Shown piece after piece: positions 46,477-57,933 of a stretch of 64,000 nt of DNA (positions are counted from its first letter, which is position 1; the number at the start of each line of letters is the position of its first letter). The stretch comes from a virus. The position numbers and the translations under genes are program-made. Location of the stretch: IMG/VR virus record IMGVR_UViG_3300025131_000014, positions 1-64,000 of that record. The stretch is one strand, 5' to 3'. The notes under the pieces are model-generated. The model was given only the letters and a program-made list of their open reading frames with translations, did not search any database and had not been told where the DNA came from.

Positions 46477-48389
46477 TATGGTCCTGTTTTCTTTTTTGCT
46501 TCTTTTTCCTTTTTCTTTTTATAAGCTTCCCATTTACTTTCAAGAAATAGATTCATTGTTCCTTCGTCATTTTCTAGGAACTTAAAGTAAGAACCCATAT
46601 CTCTAAGAGCAGCTAATTGTTGGTCTCTGAATTTTTTCATATTAGCTCCTTGGGAAATACTAGCTCCATAGTTAGTTAAATTTTGACCCTCTTGGGCAAG
46701 ACCTGTAAGATAAGAATCTTTATCTCTTTGATACCAATCTTGAACTTGCATTGCTCCTTGAGCATCTGCCATATCTCCTCTTAAAGCTAATTGAGCTTGT
46801 TTTCCTTTTATATCCCCATAGAGTCTTTCCCACATGTTTCTATTTTTGATTAAGCCCTCATCAGTTAGTCTTTGGGCTCCTAGAGAAGCTGCATATCTTT
46901 GTGCCCAAGAGTTTGAAGTGTCTCTAGCTACTTTTCGTGCTAAGTTCCCTTGTGCTTTAATCTGTGCAGCTGTTTGTTCTATGCCTGATCTAGAAGTTTT
47001 TAGTTGCTCTCTTAAGTGTTCATCTGCTCTGTTTCCTATTCCTGAGAAAGCATTAGTGGCATTTTGTGGTTTATTAGACAGGGCGGCAGCTATTCCGCCA
47101 AGTCTACCTGCGGCTCCTGTCGCCAAACCAATTTTTTCTCCTGAAGTCATTTTTGAGTTTACATCTTGTAAACCTCCAAATATATTTTCATCGTCTTCTG
47201 GAATTTCTTCGTCTGTAATTACTTCTTCTTCTCCTCCTTCATCTATAACTTCTTCAGCAATTTCTTCTTCTCCTTCTTCAGGAAGTGCTATTTCTTCTTC
47301 TATAGCTTCTTCTTGGATTGCTGGCCAATTATCAGATTGCCCTTGTTCATCCCATAGAGTAAAATTGTCTTTGTCTATGAGTGCTATAGCTTTTTCATGT
47401 TGTTTACCATATTTTTTATCATATCCGCCTCCTGCTTTTATTATCTTATCTAGTTGAGGATGTTGTTTTATATAGTTATAGAGTTCATTCCATTCTATCT
47501 TTTTTCCTGCTAGAGCCATTTCATTATTTGCAGCTTTTAGGTAATTTAATAGAAACTGAGATGCGTCATCACCAGAGTTATTCCATATTTCTTCTGCTTT
47601 CCTACCTGAAGCATCATTTGTAAACTTTATATCTCCTGATGCTACATCAAATTTTTCTATCCCTTTCATTGTTTTAATAATAGGGTTTCCTCCTTTATCT
47701 TTCTCATAAGACAAAACAGGTTCTACCCATGTTCCTGTACTTGGAACAATTGTTCCGTCAGGCATTAATCTAAATGAAGTTACATCTTTATTATATCCTG
47801 GTTTTTTCTTGCCGCTCTTCTCTACTATATTTAGTGGAACATTTCTTCGACCTCTTGCTCTTTCAGCATCTGTAAATCCTCTATTATCAATAGGAGCTTC
47901 GGTATTAGTCTGATTATTACTTCCTGGAAAATTGAGGAGTGGAGACAATAAGATGGGATTTGGATCATAAGTTCCTCCTTGATTAGTCTGCTCTGGATCT
48001 GGCTGTCCTGAAAAATCTGTATAATTTTGATTTAATACTGGAGGAAGCATATTGTTCTGAAAAGTACTATCTGGATCTCCTACTGGATTAGACTGTTGGT
48101 ACGTTTTTATTAAACTTCTAGCAATAGCTCCTTTTCCATAATTCTTTTTGTACATATCCATTTGTCTGGAAGATAGTTTTTTAACCTTTCCTCCCATTCT
48201 GTACTCTCCTTTCTTATTGATCTTTCGTTTGCTCTTTACAACTTCATGTAATTCAGCAGGTTCTGTAATATCGCGCATAGCATTTCTGGTCTTAATGTTC
48301 ATTTTAAGAGCTTCTTTAGCTATCTTGAGTTTTTCAAGATCTCTTATGAGTGTTTGAACCTTTGTTCCCATTCTTGATTTACTATCCAT
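46476..48389 (-). CDS. Virion cargo/internal protein
   Basis: Position; acidic linker and Ala/Gln-rich helical C-terminus. Confidence 0.6.
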   Translation of the reverse strand: MDSKSRMGTKVQTLIRDLEKLKIAKEALKMNIKTRNAMRDITEPAELHEVVKSKRKINKKGEYRMGGKVKKLSSRQMDMYKKNYGKGAIARSLIKTYQQSNPVGDPDSTFQNNMLPPVLNQNYTDFSGQPDPEQTNQGGTYDPNPILLSPLLNFPGSNNQTNTEAPIDNRGFTDAERARGRRNVPLNIVEKSGKKKPGYNKDVTSFRLMPDGTIVPSTGTWVEPVLSYEKDKGGNPIIKTMKGIEKFDVASGDIKFTNDASGRKAEEIWNNSGDDASQFLLNYLKAANNEMALAGKKIEWNELYNYIKQHPQLDKIIKAGGGYDKKYGKQHEKAIALIDKDNFTLWDEQGQSDNWPAIQEEAIEEEIALPEEGEEEIAEEVIDEGGEEEVITDEEIPEDDENIFGGLQDVNSKMTSGEKIGLATGAAGRLGGIAAALSNKPQNATNAFSGIGNRADEHLREQLKTSRSGIEQTAAQIKAQGNLARKVARDTSNSWAQRYAASLGAQRLTDEGLIKNRNMWERLYGDIKGKQAQLALRGDMADAQGAMQVQDWYQRDKDSYLTGLAQEGQNLTNYGASISQGANMKKFRDQQLAALRDMGSYFKFLENDEGTMNLFLESKWEAYKKKKEKEAKKKTGP

Positions 48390-50299
48390 TATGTTAAAGC
48401 TTTTTTAATTTCTTTTAAATATTCAGGATTCATTTCTCCTAGTACCTCTAACTCTTTTGCAATTTTATCATATTCTTTCTGTATTCTTGCATAAATGTCG
48501 GCATCTTTATCTCCTTCATGGTTATTGAAGGCGAATGTTTCCATTCCTCCTACTCCTACAGTTGTTTCTAGAAACTCTTTATCATCGAACTCTGCTTTTT
48601 CTGGTCCTTTTAAAGTAGGGACTGTTTCCATAGTACCCCCTTCTTCATGTGTAGGTCCGTTTACTTGATAAACACCAGGTTCTGTTATTTCTCTATTGGG
48701 GCCTAGTTGTTGAGCAAATTGGTTTTCTTTTTGTCTCTTTTTATTAGGAATGTATCCTTGGGATATATTATTTAAAGCATTAGTATATTCATCTTCTATA
48801 TTACCACCTGCTTCATATCCTTGAGGACATGTCATACATTGACCATCTTCTCCTATTAAATGTCCTCTATGGTGACTTACATTACCTCCTTTATTAAAAT
48901 TTTCAGGTTGTTCTTGTATTAAGGAATCGCTTAAAATAGGTTCAGTAGTTGTAATACTATCTTCTTCAAGTACTCTAGAGTTCATATCAATATTAGGAGC
49001 TGAAACGAACATGTTAGAATTTGGTGATTCTCCCATACTTATTTGTCTTAAGTATTCCATCATTTTTGCCTTAGTATCATCTTGAGTCACATTATCGCTG
49101 CGCTGATATTGTCCTGGGGTCCATTTTACTCCAATGCTTGGTCTTACTTGTGGTGTACTTGCTCCTCCTTGGCCTATATATCCTCCTGTCCCTACACCTG
49201 CATTTAATTGAAGATTAGGATTTGGATTATAGGTAGCTTTTGCTCCTCCACCATAATTTACTCCAGATACTCCTTGAGGACCAAAAGAAGGACTTCCTCC
49301 TCCTCCTATATTCATTCCAAATTTACCTGAATTTACACTTGCTCCACCTCCTATATTTGCTCCATAGGGATTTCCCATAGGTGTACGACTTACTTCCATT
49401 CCTCCTCCTCCTGAAGAGGATAGGCTTTGTGAAAAACCTCTTATTTTGCTTCGTAGATCTTGATTTGCTTTTATTATCTCTGACTTGTAGTTAGATAGGG
49501 CTAATATTTTTCCACTGTTTTCATATTTACCTTCTTGGCCCATAAGAGTTGGTGAATCCATACCTGGAAAAGGATTTTCAGCAAAAGCATTGTATGTAAG
49601 AACATCGCCTTGATTTGAATTAGCATCTCTTGTTTGTTGATTCTGTTGTTGTTCTTGTGCAAATTGATTCTCTTGTTGTGCTAGAAAGTTCTGTCCTCCT
49701 CCTATATTTGATTGTGCCCATGCTACATTTCCTTCCTTAGATTCTTTTTTGGCTTTAAAGAAACTGCTTAATCCTCCTACAATTGCTCCTCCAACTGCTC
49801 CTATTCCTGCGGCAGGTACTGAAAAAACTCCTCCTCCTACTACTGCTCCTAAAGCAGCTCCTGTAGCAGCTCCTTTACCCGCTCCAGCTAAAGTTTTACC
49901 TCCTACATTTCCTTTACTTAATTTTCCTCGTTTTCCTTGTTCTGGTGATACGTTTACAATTCCTTCTCCTACTAGCTCTGCTGCTTTACCTGCTGCAGCA
50001 TAAGGATTTACTCCTGTTCCTTCAGCAGCAGCTCCAGCTTCTAAATTTGAAATATTTTGAGCAGTCATTTCTGTATCTACAGCTCCTGCAGCATCATAAG
50101 CTATACCAGAAGGTACTGAATATCCACCTCCTCCTGATACACTAGTATCTAAAGTTTCAGGTGGTGTTATAGGATTTCCTGTTGTTCCCCACGGATTACC
50201 TACATTCTGAGAGTGTTGATATTTCTTCTTCATCATAGCTCGATAAAGAAGCGATTCATTTAGACCAGTTTTAGTTATTTTTTTCTTCCTTTTTGCCAT
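48389..50299 (-). CDS. Virion cargo protein with glycine zipper
   Basis: GAATGAALG...GAVGGAIVGG zipper; NGPTHEEGG motif. Confidence 0.65.
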   Translation of the reverse strand: MAKRKKKITKTGLNESLLYRAMMKKKYQHSQNVGNPWGTTGNPITPPETLDTSVSGGGGYSVPSGIAYDAAGAVDTEMTAQNISNLEAGAAAEGTGVNPYAAAGKAAELVGEGIVNVSPEQGKRGKLSKGNVGGKTLAGAGKGAATGAALGAVVGGGVFSVPAAGIGAVGGAIVGGLSSFFKAKKESKEGNVAWAQSNIGGGQNFLAQQENQFAQEQQQNQQTRDANSNQGDVLTYNAFAENPFPGMDSPTLMGQEGKYENSGKILALSNYKSEIIKANQDLRSKIRGFSQSLSSSGGGGMEVSRTPMGNPYGANIGGGASVNSGKFGMNIGGGGSPSFGPQGVSGVNYGGGAKATYNPNPNLQLNAGVGTGGYIGQGGASTPQVRPSIGVKWTPGQYQRSDNVTQDDTKAKMMEYLRQISMGESPNSNMFVSAPNIDMNSRVLEEDSITTTEPILSDSLIQEQPENFNKGGNVSHHRGHLIGEDGQCMTCPQGYEAGGNIEDEYTNALNNISQGYIPNKKRQKENQFAQQLGPNREITEPGVYQVNGPTHEEGGTMETVPTLKGPEKAEFDDKEFLETTVGVGGMETFAFNNHEGDKDADIYARIQKEYDKIAKELEVLGEMNPEYLKEIKKALT

Positions 50300-50316
50300 A
50301 GCACATATATATAGAC

Positions 50317-53300
50317 TTATCTTGGGCTGATCGTAGTAGTAGGGTATATGTAGTTTGTTACAAGTTTATAATTTTGTAAATCTATACCCTCTTCTCCGAA
50401 GTTACCGAAAAAGAGCCTGATTGTCAAATATTTATCTCTGAATCTCTGTTGTTCAAGTGGTGTTAATAACGGACTTCCTGTTATAGGGTCCACAAAAGCT
50501 GGAGGATTTATAACTTTGTCTATGTATCCTCCTAGTACTGTTCCAAATAATGGATCTAAATTTTTATCTAATTGATTCTTTGAAAAGATTGGAATTGTTC
50601 TATTCTGTAAAAGGTCACGAAAACCATCAAATGCCCAACTTCTTTCATCTCTTGATAAAGTAATCTCTCCTACTCTATTAATAACAGAGTTTTGTTGCAT
50701 AGTTATTTGGTCTCTATTCTTATTAGTTAGATTAAGCATATTGGTACACTGATGCTCATTATAAAGAAGTGCTTTATTAAATGTTACTTCTCTTAGATCA
50801 AAGCTTTGATTTTTTGTACCGTCATAGTCTGTTGCCTCACTTAAGAAATGATAATTGTCATATACCATTGTTTGTAGAGGATTCTTAACATTAACAAGTT
50901 CTATTACATGTGGGAATTCATTGCCATAGAAAGTATGATAAGGAGCTTCATTATGTTTATAAATTTTAGTGCTTTCAGCTGTATCATTTTTCCACATTGA
51001 GTAGAATTGATTCTTTCCTATTATATAGATAAGAGGTCTATATGAATGAAATGACACCCATTTGCTATTAAGGCCTGAATAACTTATAGTCCATGACTTA
51101 TCTTCAAACCATACAGGATTAAGTTCTGGTAACCCAAGATCTGTTGCTAATCCTGCAGCAGTTACATGTCTCCATCTTAGTGTTGGATAAATGTCTATTA
51201 GTTGTATTTGATCTGCTCCTCCTATACCTTCTATCCAGTTTTTAACTAATATAGCTCCAGCTTCTGTAAAAGTATAATCTCTCTTCGTGAGAATATATCT
51301 GGAATGTCTAGTATCATAAGCTGCTGTATAACCTATTCCAACATAGCTAGTTGGAGCATCTTCATAAGGGAAATCTCCTTCATAACCTAAAGATTTTAAT
51401 TGGGCTGAAAGTTCATATCTCATATTATTTTCAAACCAATTCCTCATTCCTATATTATAGATAGGAGTTAAACCTTCAGAACCTAAAAGAAATACTTTTT
51501 GGGCCCTTTCGTCTACTACAAATACTCCTAATTCAGTTTTTAAACTTGCCCATTGTGATACAGATCCGCCGTATCCAACTTGTGTATTTCCCATTTTTTG
51601 AGGAGGAAGACTTAAGAAATCTCCTGTTCCTACATATAAAATGGTAGTATCAGTTTTAAGAGTTTGTTGAGATGTCTGAAGAATCCAAGAAGCTTCTTCT
51701 GTAGTTGTATAAAGTCTATTTCCTTGAGTAAAGAGTCTTGTTATAGATCCTGATTCCCCAGGAATATCTTTATAATTATTAGCTAAAAAGCTTCTATAAT
51801 GATCAGCCCTTTCTTCTTGAAATGATTTTTGTGAATATGCTATTCTAGTACTAAAGTTAAAATAACATGTATTACAATTTGTATATGGGGCTATAAATGT
51901 TCCTACATATTTATATGCTTGGCTTAAAGGAAAGTATTTTTTTAAAACATTCTGTGCCCCAAAGTCAGGATTATAACTATAGTAGTTAGTACAAAGCGGT
52001 AAACATCCAGCTCTAAATGGAGTTTTACTTAAAGATCCAGCAAAAGTAAGACCTGTAAAAGGTTCACAACCTAAATAAGCTCCTTGATAGTCTCCTCCTT
52101 GAGATCCAAATCCATGACCCCTTTCAATTCCATAACTAGTTGGTCCATATGGAGCATATCTTTTATCAGCTGCATCATCTGGAGCATCTCTTAATGTAGG
52201 ATTATAGTCACATTCTACATAATGTTGTATTCCTCTTACACTTTTATATGTGTGAAGCTTATGATTAGCTGTTCCTCCTCCTTCTATTGAACATGCTCCT
52301 CCATAAAATGTTTTTCTAAATACAAATTGATCTACAAATGAATCTCCTCCAAATATTTTTATAGAGTTTTGATTTCCTTCTGTAAAGTTTCCTGTCCATA
52401 TTTCTGCATCTGTTTCTACATAAATAATATCATCTATAGGACCATATTGATTTAGGTTAGTTCTTTTCAGTGACACATAATAAGCAGTTGTTGTTCTGTT
52501 CTCATTAGCACGATCAACGGTATTATGTACAGAAGAATCACAGGGTGTTCTTTTAAAGCCATTTCCTGAAGGATGATCAAGTCCAAACCAATTATTAAAT
52601 ACATAGGGAATTCCACATATATTTTTTTTACTATTAGCTATAGTGTCATCATCTACAAATCTAGTCTTTCCTTGAAATATATATGTTTCTTGTTGTCGTG
52701 TATTTCTAAAATCAAATTTTCCAAGTCCTTGAGTTACACCAGTATCTGCAGGAACAAATCCTCCACTATCTGATACGGGAAAGTTATAAAAAGGAAAACT
52801 TGTAAATCTCCAAAACCAGTTTATATCTCCATAAGTATATGGAAGAACTACACTGGGATCAGGGTCCATTGAAACCTGACTTTGATATATTGATTGTTCT
52901 ATATTAAAAGGAGGGGTTCCATAATGATTATAACTAGTTCCTGTAGATTCATAAGCTGCATGTCTTTCATCTGGTGGATCATCGCCTTCTTTTACTACTT
53001 CAGATGCGGGATATGTTCCATATAAAGGTTCAGTAGCAAAGATTATCTTTTCTATTTTAATATGATCAAATAATTGATTTTTATCTTTAGCTCCATCTAC
53101 CTTAGATTTGAAGCCATGAAAAGACATGTGTCCAAAATTGTCATAAGGTTCAAAATTTGCCAGAGCAACCCCTAATCCAATTAGGATACTTTGTCTTGTA
53201 GCATAAGGACTTCCTGTTTTTCGGCAACCATAATTTGTATATCCTCCACTTGTAGTTGTACAATCTTGATTACATTGCCAACAGTTATATCCGCCACTCC

Positions 53301-55806
53301 CTATGGGACCAGAACCACCACTATCAGAAGTGACTGCTATTCCTGGTCTACATATGCAGTTATTAGGATCATTGCCTTCACATTTAAAACAATTAGCTCT
53401 CCCTGGCGCTGGAGCTTCATCAGTTCCCGCTTCAGCTGCTGCTCCGTATCCTATATATGAGGTTTTATCATAACATCCATCTCCACCCATAGCTGGATAA
53501 GTTTCTAGATGAGCGGCCCATCCTTTAGGACCTACAGGTGTAATTCCATATCCTTGTGGATCACTCCCATCTCCTACTGGTTTTGTAGCACTTTCTCCTT
53601 CCTTTTCAACTTGATAATAGTTATAAGTAGGAGTTTGCACAAATTGGGTACAGTCACTACAATTAAAACAGTCTCCATTTTTATTAAATTCATCTTCTGG
53701 AGATGAAAATGCAAGATAGTTCCAATACATTAAACCTTTATCTACTACTGTTTTATTTTCATCAGTTCTATGTGCTTTAACTATTTTAAAGCCTTGTACT
53801 AAATCTTCCATAGATGCAGGACATACTATATTCTCTACATTGATGCCAACATGTGATATAAGTTGGGTTCCATTACCAACTGCAGCACCTGCATTACTAA
53901 GAGATTCTACACAAGGAACTCCTGGAGCAGGACCTCCATCATCGTTGTCACTTATAGGATATCTGAAATCAGGAGAGTAGAAGTGGGGTTCTAAGGTAGT
54001 ATCAGGCATTCTATGATGTCTGACTTTGTCCATTATAAATGGATCACCTTCTCCTCCTGTTCCTGTATAAGGATAAATAGGTTTACCGTCACATCCTATT
54101 GTGGGAGGATATTCATAGTCTTTAGCTTCCCAATATCCCATTTGTCCTTTAGTGGATAGATCTTGGGTTCCTGAATTATAGGAAAAATCTTCTCTTAAAG
54201 CTGTATTGTATATTTGCCATCTTTCAGGAGCTGTATCTTCTAGGTGTAATCCATTATAGCCTGTTGTTCCATCACAAGGACTATCAAAATCTGTTGTATA
54301 CCCAAAGGAATCCCAACCATTTACTGCAGGAGTTGTAGGTAGTATACCTCTATGTGTTTCTGTGTATCGGGATAAAGCAGGACTTGAAAAGGTCATTCCT
54401 ACTTCATAGTTTGTAGCAGCAGGACTATTTGGATCACCATCTGTTGGCATATCATCTAAAGCTAATCCATTAGCAACTCTTGCTTTTTTGTCTTTAGCTC
54501 TTCCTGGTATATGGTATACAGGAGATTCTGTTCCATCTTTTAAGATCCATATTATACCTAGCGCATATACTTCATCACGCATATAGGTTCTTTTGGAAAA
54601 GTAGTTCTCTCCGCTCGGCGCTGAACAATCTTTAAATGTACTATGAGCTTCATCTCCTTTTTGAGCACTTGTATGATAAGTTACACCTATATTACTTGCA
54701 GCTCTTTGAAGTTCTTCATGATCAATGTAAGGAGAAGTAAGATTTCCCAGAACAAGTCTTTGGTCTATTTGCTCTATAGTTTTAGCTGTATCATAAGGTA
54801 CTCTTGGAATAACCAGATCATTAAGATCTACTGGAATAGAACTACTTATTTTTCCTCTGAGGGTATATTCTATTGAAACTCCTTCTATTGGAAGAGAATC
54901 CATAATATATGCGTCAGAAACTTCTCCATTTCCACTTACTGTTCTGATCATAGCAATATCAAGATATTCAAAACTTTGATCAAGATTATTTATAGTATAC
55001 TCTATAGATTTTGTAGTTAGTTGGTGATCTTCATTATATCCCCCACTTATTTTTGTAGCTCGTTCAGGAATTCCTATTGGCCCATATGTATCAGCTGTAA
55101 TAGGAATTGGATTAGAAATAGCACACCAATTAGTAGGATTTAAATCGACATCTAAATATCTTAGTGCTAATTGATACATTCCTAAAGACATGTCAAATCC
55201 TCCAGTATCGTGTATTTGTATAAAGTCAACTACAGGTACTTGATAGTCAGGAATTAGTTTAAATTGAACACAATCCCATATATTAGTAGCAGAACTACTA
55301 TAAGATTGTCCAGGTATAAGATATTGGTCTAGACTACTTATGTTTATCTCTCTTATTGGATTAAAGTTATCAGTAAAGTAAAGAACATGTTCACATCCAT
55401 TTCTTATTCTATGTGTAGCTTCAATAGGGTGTCCTGCATTAAATTCCAGACAGTCGGATCTTAGAATATCTTCATAATCACATCCATTAGTTATTTTTCC
55501 TATTATTCCTGTAGCAGCGAGACCTGCGGCATTGATCGGTGCTAGGAATACTATTATTTCATCATCTGAGATATAGATGCTTCCTATAACAGTATAATTT
55601 TCAAGAACTTCTATACACTCTTTATTACCTAATTCATTAATAATAAATCCTAGGTTACCATCTTTGGATTCATTGACTGCGTTTAGTGCAAAACGATATG
55701 TTCCAGGTGGTTGTGCATGCGCACTAGTATCTGTATGAAGACCTTGTTGAGGTTGTGATATCTCAACTTGGTGTAAACCATCTCCTGTTTTTTTCTTTTC
55801 TACCAT
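50317..55806 (-). CDS. Tail stabilization/muzzle protein (P22 gp10-like, crAss type)
   Basis: 1829 aa; GLHTD..YRFALN, LYFTDNFNP, RLVLGN, TYMRDEVY, WVSFHSY, RFRDKY; synteny. Confidence 0.85.
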   Translation of the reverse strand: MVEKKKTGDGLHQVEISQPQQGLHTDTSAHAQPPGTYRFALNAVNESKDGNLGFIINELGNKECIEVLENYTVIGSIYISDDEIIVFLAPINAAGLAATGIIGKITNGCDYEDILRSDCLEFNAGHPIEATHRIRNGCEHVLYFTDNFNPIREINISSLDQYLIPGQSYSSSATNIWDCVQFKLIPDYQVPVVDFIQIHDTGGFDMSLGMYQLALRYLDVDLNPTNWCAISNPIPITADTYGPIGIPERATKISGGYNEDHQLTTKSIEYTINNLDQSFEYLDIAMIRTVSGNGEVSDAYIMDSLPIEGVSIEYTLRGKISSSIPVDLNDLVIPRVPYDTAKTIEQIDQRLVLGNLTSPYIDHEELQRAASNIGVTYHTSAQKGDEAHSTFKDCSAPSGENYFSKRTYMRDEVYALGIIWILKDGTESPVYHIPGRAKDKKARVANGLALDDMPTDGDPNSPAATNYEVGMTFSSPALSRYTETHRGILPTTPAVNGWDSFGYTTDFDSPCDGTTGYNGLHLEDTAPERWQIYNTALREDFSYNSGTQDLSTKGQMGYWEAKDYEYPPTIGCDGKPIYPYTGTGGEGDPFIMDKVRHHRMPDTTLEPHFYSPDFRYPISDNDDGGPAPGVPCVESLSNAGAAVGNGTQLISHVGINVENIVCPASMEDLVQGFKIVKAHRTDENKTVVDKGLMYWNYLAFSSPEDEFNKNGDCFNCSDCTQFVQTPTYNYYQVEKEGESATKPVGDGSDPQGYGITPVGPKGWAAHLETYPAMGGDGCYDKTSYIGYGAAAEAGTDEAPAPGRANCFKCEGNDPNNCICRPGIAVTSDSGGSGPIGSGGYNCWQCNQDCTTTSGGYTNYGCRKTGSPYATRQSILIGLGVALANFEPYDNFGHMSFHGFKSKVDGAKDKNQLFDHIKIEKIIFATEPLYGTYPASEVVKEGDDPPDERHAAYESTGTSYNHYGTPPFNIEQSIYQSQVSMDPDPSVVLPYTYGDINWFWRFTSFPFYNFPVSDSGGFVPADTGVTQGLGKFDFRNTRQQETYIFQGKTRFVDDDTIANSKKNICGIPYVFNNWFGLDHPSGNGFKRTPCDSSVHNTVDRANENRTTTAYYVSLKRTNLNQYGPIDDIIYVETDAEIWTGNFTEGNQNSIKIFGGDSFVDQFVFRKTFYGGACSIEGGGTANHKLHTYKSVRGIQHYVECDYNPTLRDAPDDAADKRYAPYGPTSYGIERGHGFGSQGGDYQGAYLGCEPFTGLTFAGSLSKTPFRAGCLPLCTNYYSYNPDFGAQNVLKKYFPLSQAYKYVGTFIAPYTNCNTCYFNFSTRIAYSQKSFQEERADHYRSFLANNYKDIPGESGSITRLFTQGNRLYTTTEEASWILQTSQQTLKTDTTILYVGTGDFLSLPPQKMGNTQVGYGGSVSQWASLKTELGVFVVDERAQKVFLLGSEGLTPIYNIGMRNWFENNMRYELSAQLKSLGYEGDFPYEDAPTSYVGIGYTAAYDTRHSRYILTKRDYTFTEAGAILVKNWIEGIGGADQIQLIDIYPTLRWRHVTAAGLATDLGLPELNPVWFEDKSWTISYSGLNSKWVSFHSYRPLIYIIGKNQFYSMWKNDTAESTKIYKHNEAPYHTFYGNEFPHVIELVNVKNPLQTMVYDNYHFLSEATDYDGTKNQSFDLREVTFNKALLYNEHQCTNMLNLTNKNRDQITMQQNSVINRVGEITLSRDERSWAFDGFRDLLQNRTIPIFSKNQLDKNLDPLFGTVLGGYIDKVINPPAFVDPITGSPLLTPLEQQRFRDKYLTIRLFFGNFGEEGIDLQNYKLVTNYIYPTTTISPR

Positions 55807-56768
55807 CTTACTCTACGTCTTGTTTGATAGAAAGAAAGATGCTCAGGACTAGATAGGTTTCCAAAGAATCCATAGTATCTTTTTTCTTGGGGAATAAGTC
55901 TTTTCCATGAATCTTTCAGATTTTCCATCTCATCTATTGTACTTGGCATAAGCATTGTATTTCGTGCTTGTCTACAGTACCAATGCCAATCTTGTTCTAA
56001 TTTAGCATAGATGTTGGGATTTAGAGCTCCTTGAAGAAATTCAGAATATTTTATTTTATATACAAGATATTTTTTTATTGCCTCTACATAGTGCACTGTA
56101 TCTGGTATCATTGGCCATCCATTATCATCTAAAGGCTGTCTTATAAATGCTATACAGATATGTCCTTCTTTAAAGTTAGTTTTGAGATAAGGATGATCTA
56201 TTTTATATGTTAATTTAGAGGCTGATTTTAAATTAGCACAGCCGTCACAATGCATATCAGCATCTCTGAAACTTCCTGTTGCTAGTCTTATTGGAACCCA
56301 TTCATTATGATATGCAGGTGTTGTTAAAAAAGGATTTCCATAATATTCTGTCCAAAGTTCTGCTAATGCTATAGTGCTCTTGTCGGTACAAGCTCCATCT
56401 GCAAAAACGAGACCTGATTCATCACAAGGTACAGCTGGAGGACATTCACATGGATCATCAGGATGTTCTGCACAATCAGGAGGATTTCCAAACTTATCAA
56501 CATATATAGGACAGCCTTTAGGTGCTCCCTCACTTATCTTTAGTCCTATCTGGAGAATCTTATGTAATCCACAAGGTATCAACACTTTGTGTTGTTCTAC
56601 TACAAGGTTTTCCACAGCTTCTTCATATTGTGGATAAGCGCCTATAAATTCTAAAGCTTCAGCTGCCCATTCTATAAGATCAGCTTCACTAAGTTCCATA
56701 GCTGGCTTAAGATCTCTATAAAGACCTGAGAATACTCTACCTAAACTTATAAGTTGTGTACTTGCCAT
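55800..56768 (-). CDS. Tail tubular/ring protein (P22 gp4-like)
   Basis: EWAAEAL..IG, GWPMIPD..EAI, WHWYC.QA; upstream of the muzzle gene. Confidence 0.8.
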   Translation of the reverse strand: MASTQLISLGRVFSGLYRDLKPAMELSEADLIEWAAEALEFIGAYPQYEEAVENLVVEQHKVLIPCGLHKILQIGLKISEGAPKGCPIYVDKFGNPPDCAEHPDDPCECPPAVPCDESGLVFADGACTDKSTIALAELWTEYYGNPFLTTPAYHNEWVPIRLATGSFRDADMHCDGCANLKSASKLTYKIDHPYLKTNFKEGHICIAFIRQPLDDNGWPMIPDTVHYVEAIKKYLVYKIKYSEFLQGALNPNIYAKLEQDWHWYCRQARNTMLMPSTIDEMENLKDSWKRLIPQEKRYYGFFGNLSSPEHLSFYQTRRRVRW

Positions 56769-57205
56769 TATTCAAAAAATTCAACTTTGTCTTCTTTTAA
56801 TAGTTTTGCTAATATTCTTTTATTTGTCCTATTAGGTTTAAAAGAATATACTGATTTGTTTTTAAAGATAGCATTTGCTTTAGACCAATACCATTTATAA
56901 TAATATCCGTCTGTATGCATATTAAGATGGTATATCTTCTTATTATGCTTCTTCGTTTGCTCCCAATCTACTCTCATTGAGTTATTACGAGTAGGAAATT
57001 TCTTTATTTTAATTAATCCTAATCTTCCTGGAACATTAAACTCATCAGCTTTTTCAATGATACTATCACTTAATTTCTGGTTGAAAGATATACATATATT
57101 CCTATAATCAAGTTTAGATAAAGCAAATCCTGAATTTTCAGGATATTCTTTTCTATACTCTTTATAAGAATCAACTAATGTATATGACTTTCTATTTTTT
57201 CTCAT
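56768..57205 (-). CDS. IHF/HU-like protein of the crAss tail module
   Basis: F.VPGRLG.IKIKK; basic; conserved position between ring genes. Confidence 0.7.
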   Translation of the reverse strand: MRKNRKSYTLVDSYKEYRKEYPENSGFALSKLDYRNICISFNQKLSDSIIEKADEFNVPGRLGLIKIKKFPTRNNSMRVDWEQTKKHNKKIYHLNMHTDGYYYKWYWSKANAIFKNKSVYSFKPNRTNKRILAKLLKEDKVEFFE

Positions 57206-57933
57206 TGTGGCTGTCTTTGTGGTTGTGGAGAAGCTAGTACTTTATCTGAAGCATTGTTAGTAGTATCTTCAGGAATAGCTTTAAATAACTGAACAAGTTC
57301 TTGAGCAGACATTTGTACTATTGCATCCACTAAGTTACTATCTATCGGAAATTCAAGATCTGGTGGATAAGGACAGCAATCTGTTTCTTTACAAGCACAA
57401 CTACATGTTGCATTATAGGGTAAAAGTTCAACATCAACAGGATCTTCAAATATTCCTGAAATAGTTACCCATTCTAGGAGCTTATTATGAGTTATCCATA
57501 AATACTCATCTCTAATGAAATAGTCAGCTACTTCAGATGTATACTTATCACCACTTTTATAACGTTTTCTTATCCAATTAGTCTTTCCAAATAATGTTGA
57601 TCCATCCACTGTGGTTATTGATGAAATAGCAGATCCAAATACTGTTTGAAGAGGTTTTGGTATTTTACAAAGTGATTTTAGCATCTTACAACCTTGTGGA
57701 ACTACACATGGGCACTCATTGGGAGGCACAAGTGCAAGTTTCATACATTCTATAGTTTGTATGTTCCAATCGGACATTCTTCTCTTCTTATCTGCTTCTC
57801 TTCTAAGAAGTAGATTTCGAGAAGACTTTAACTTAGAATAGATATGTCGTGTTGAAAGTCTTGAGTCATTACTAGCGGGTCCTTTATTATATAAAGAACG
57901 TACTCTTGAAATAAGATCATTGACCGTCATCAT
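57202..57933 (-). CDS. Tail ring/structural protein
   Basis: Synteny; GIFEDP..V and D.TNNA patterns. Confidence 0.7.
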   Translation of the reverse strand: MMTVNDLISRVRSLYNKGPASNDSRLSTRHIYSKLKSSRNLLLRREADKKRRMSDWNIQTIECMKLALVPPNECPCVVPQGCKMLKSLCKIPKPLQTVFGSAISSITTVDGSTLFGKTNWIRKRYKSGDKYTSEVADYFIRDEYLWITHNKLLEWVTISGIFEDPVDVELLPYNATCSCACKETDCCPYPPDLEFPIDSNLVDAIVQMSAQELVQLFKAIPEDTTNNASDKVLASPQPQRQPQ

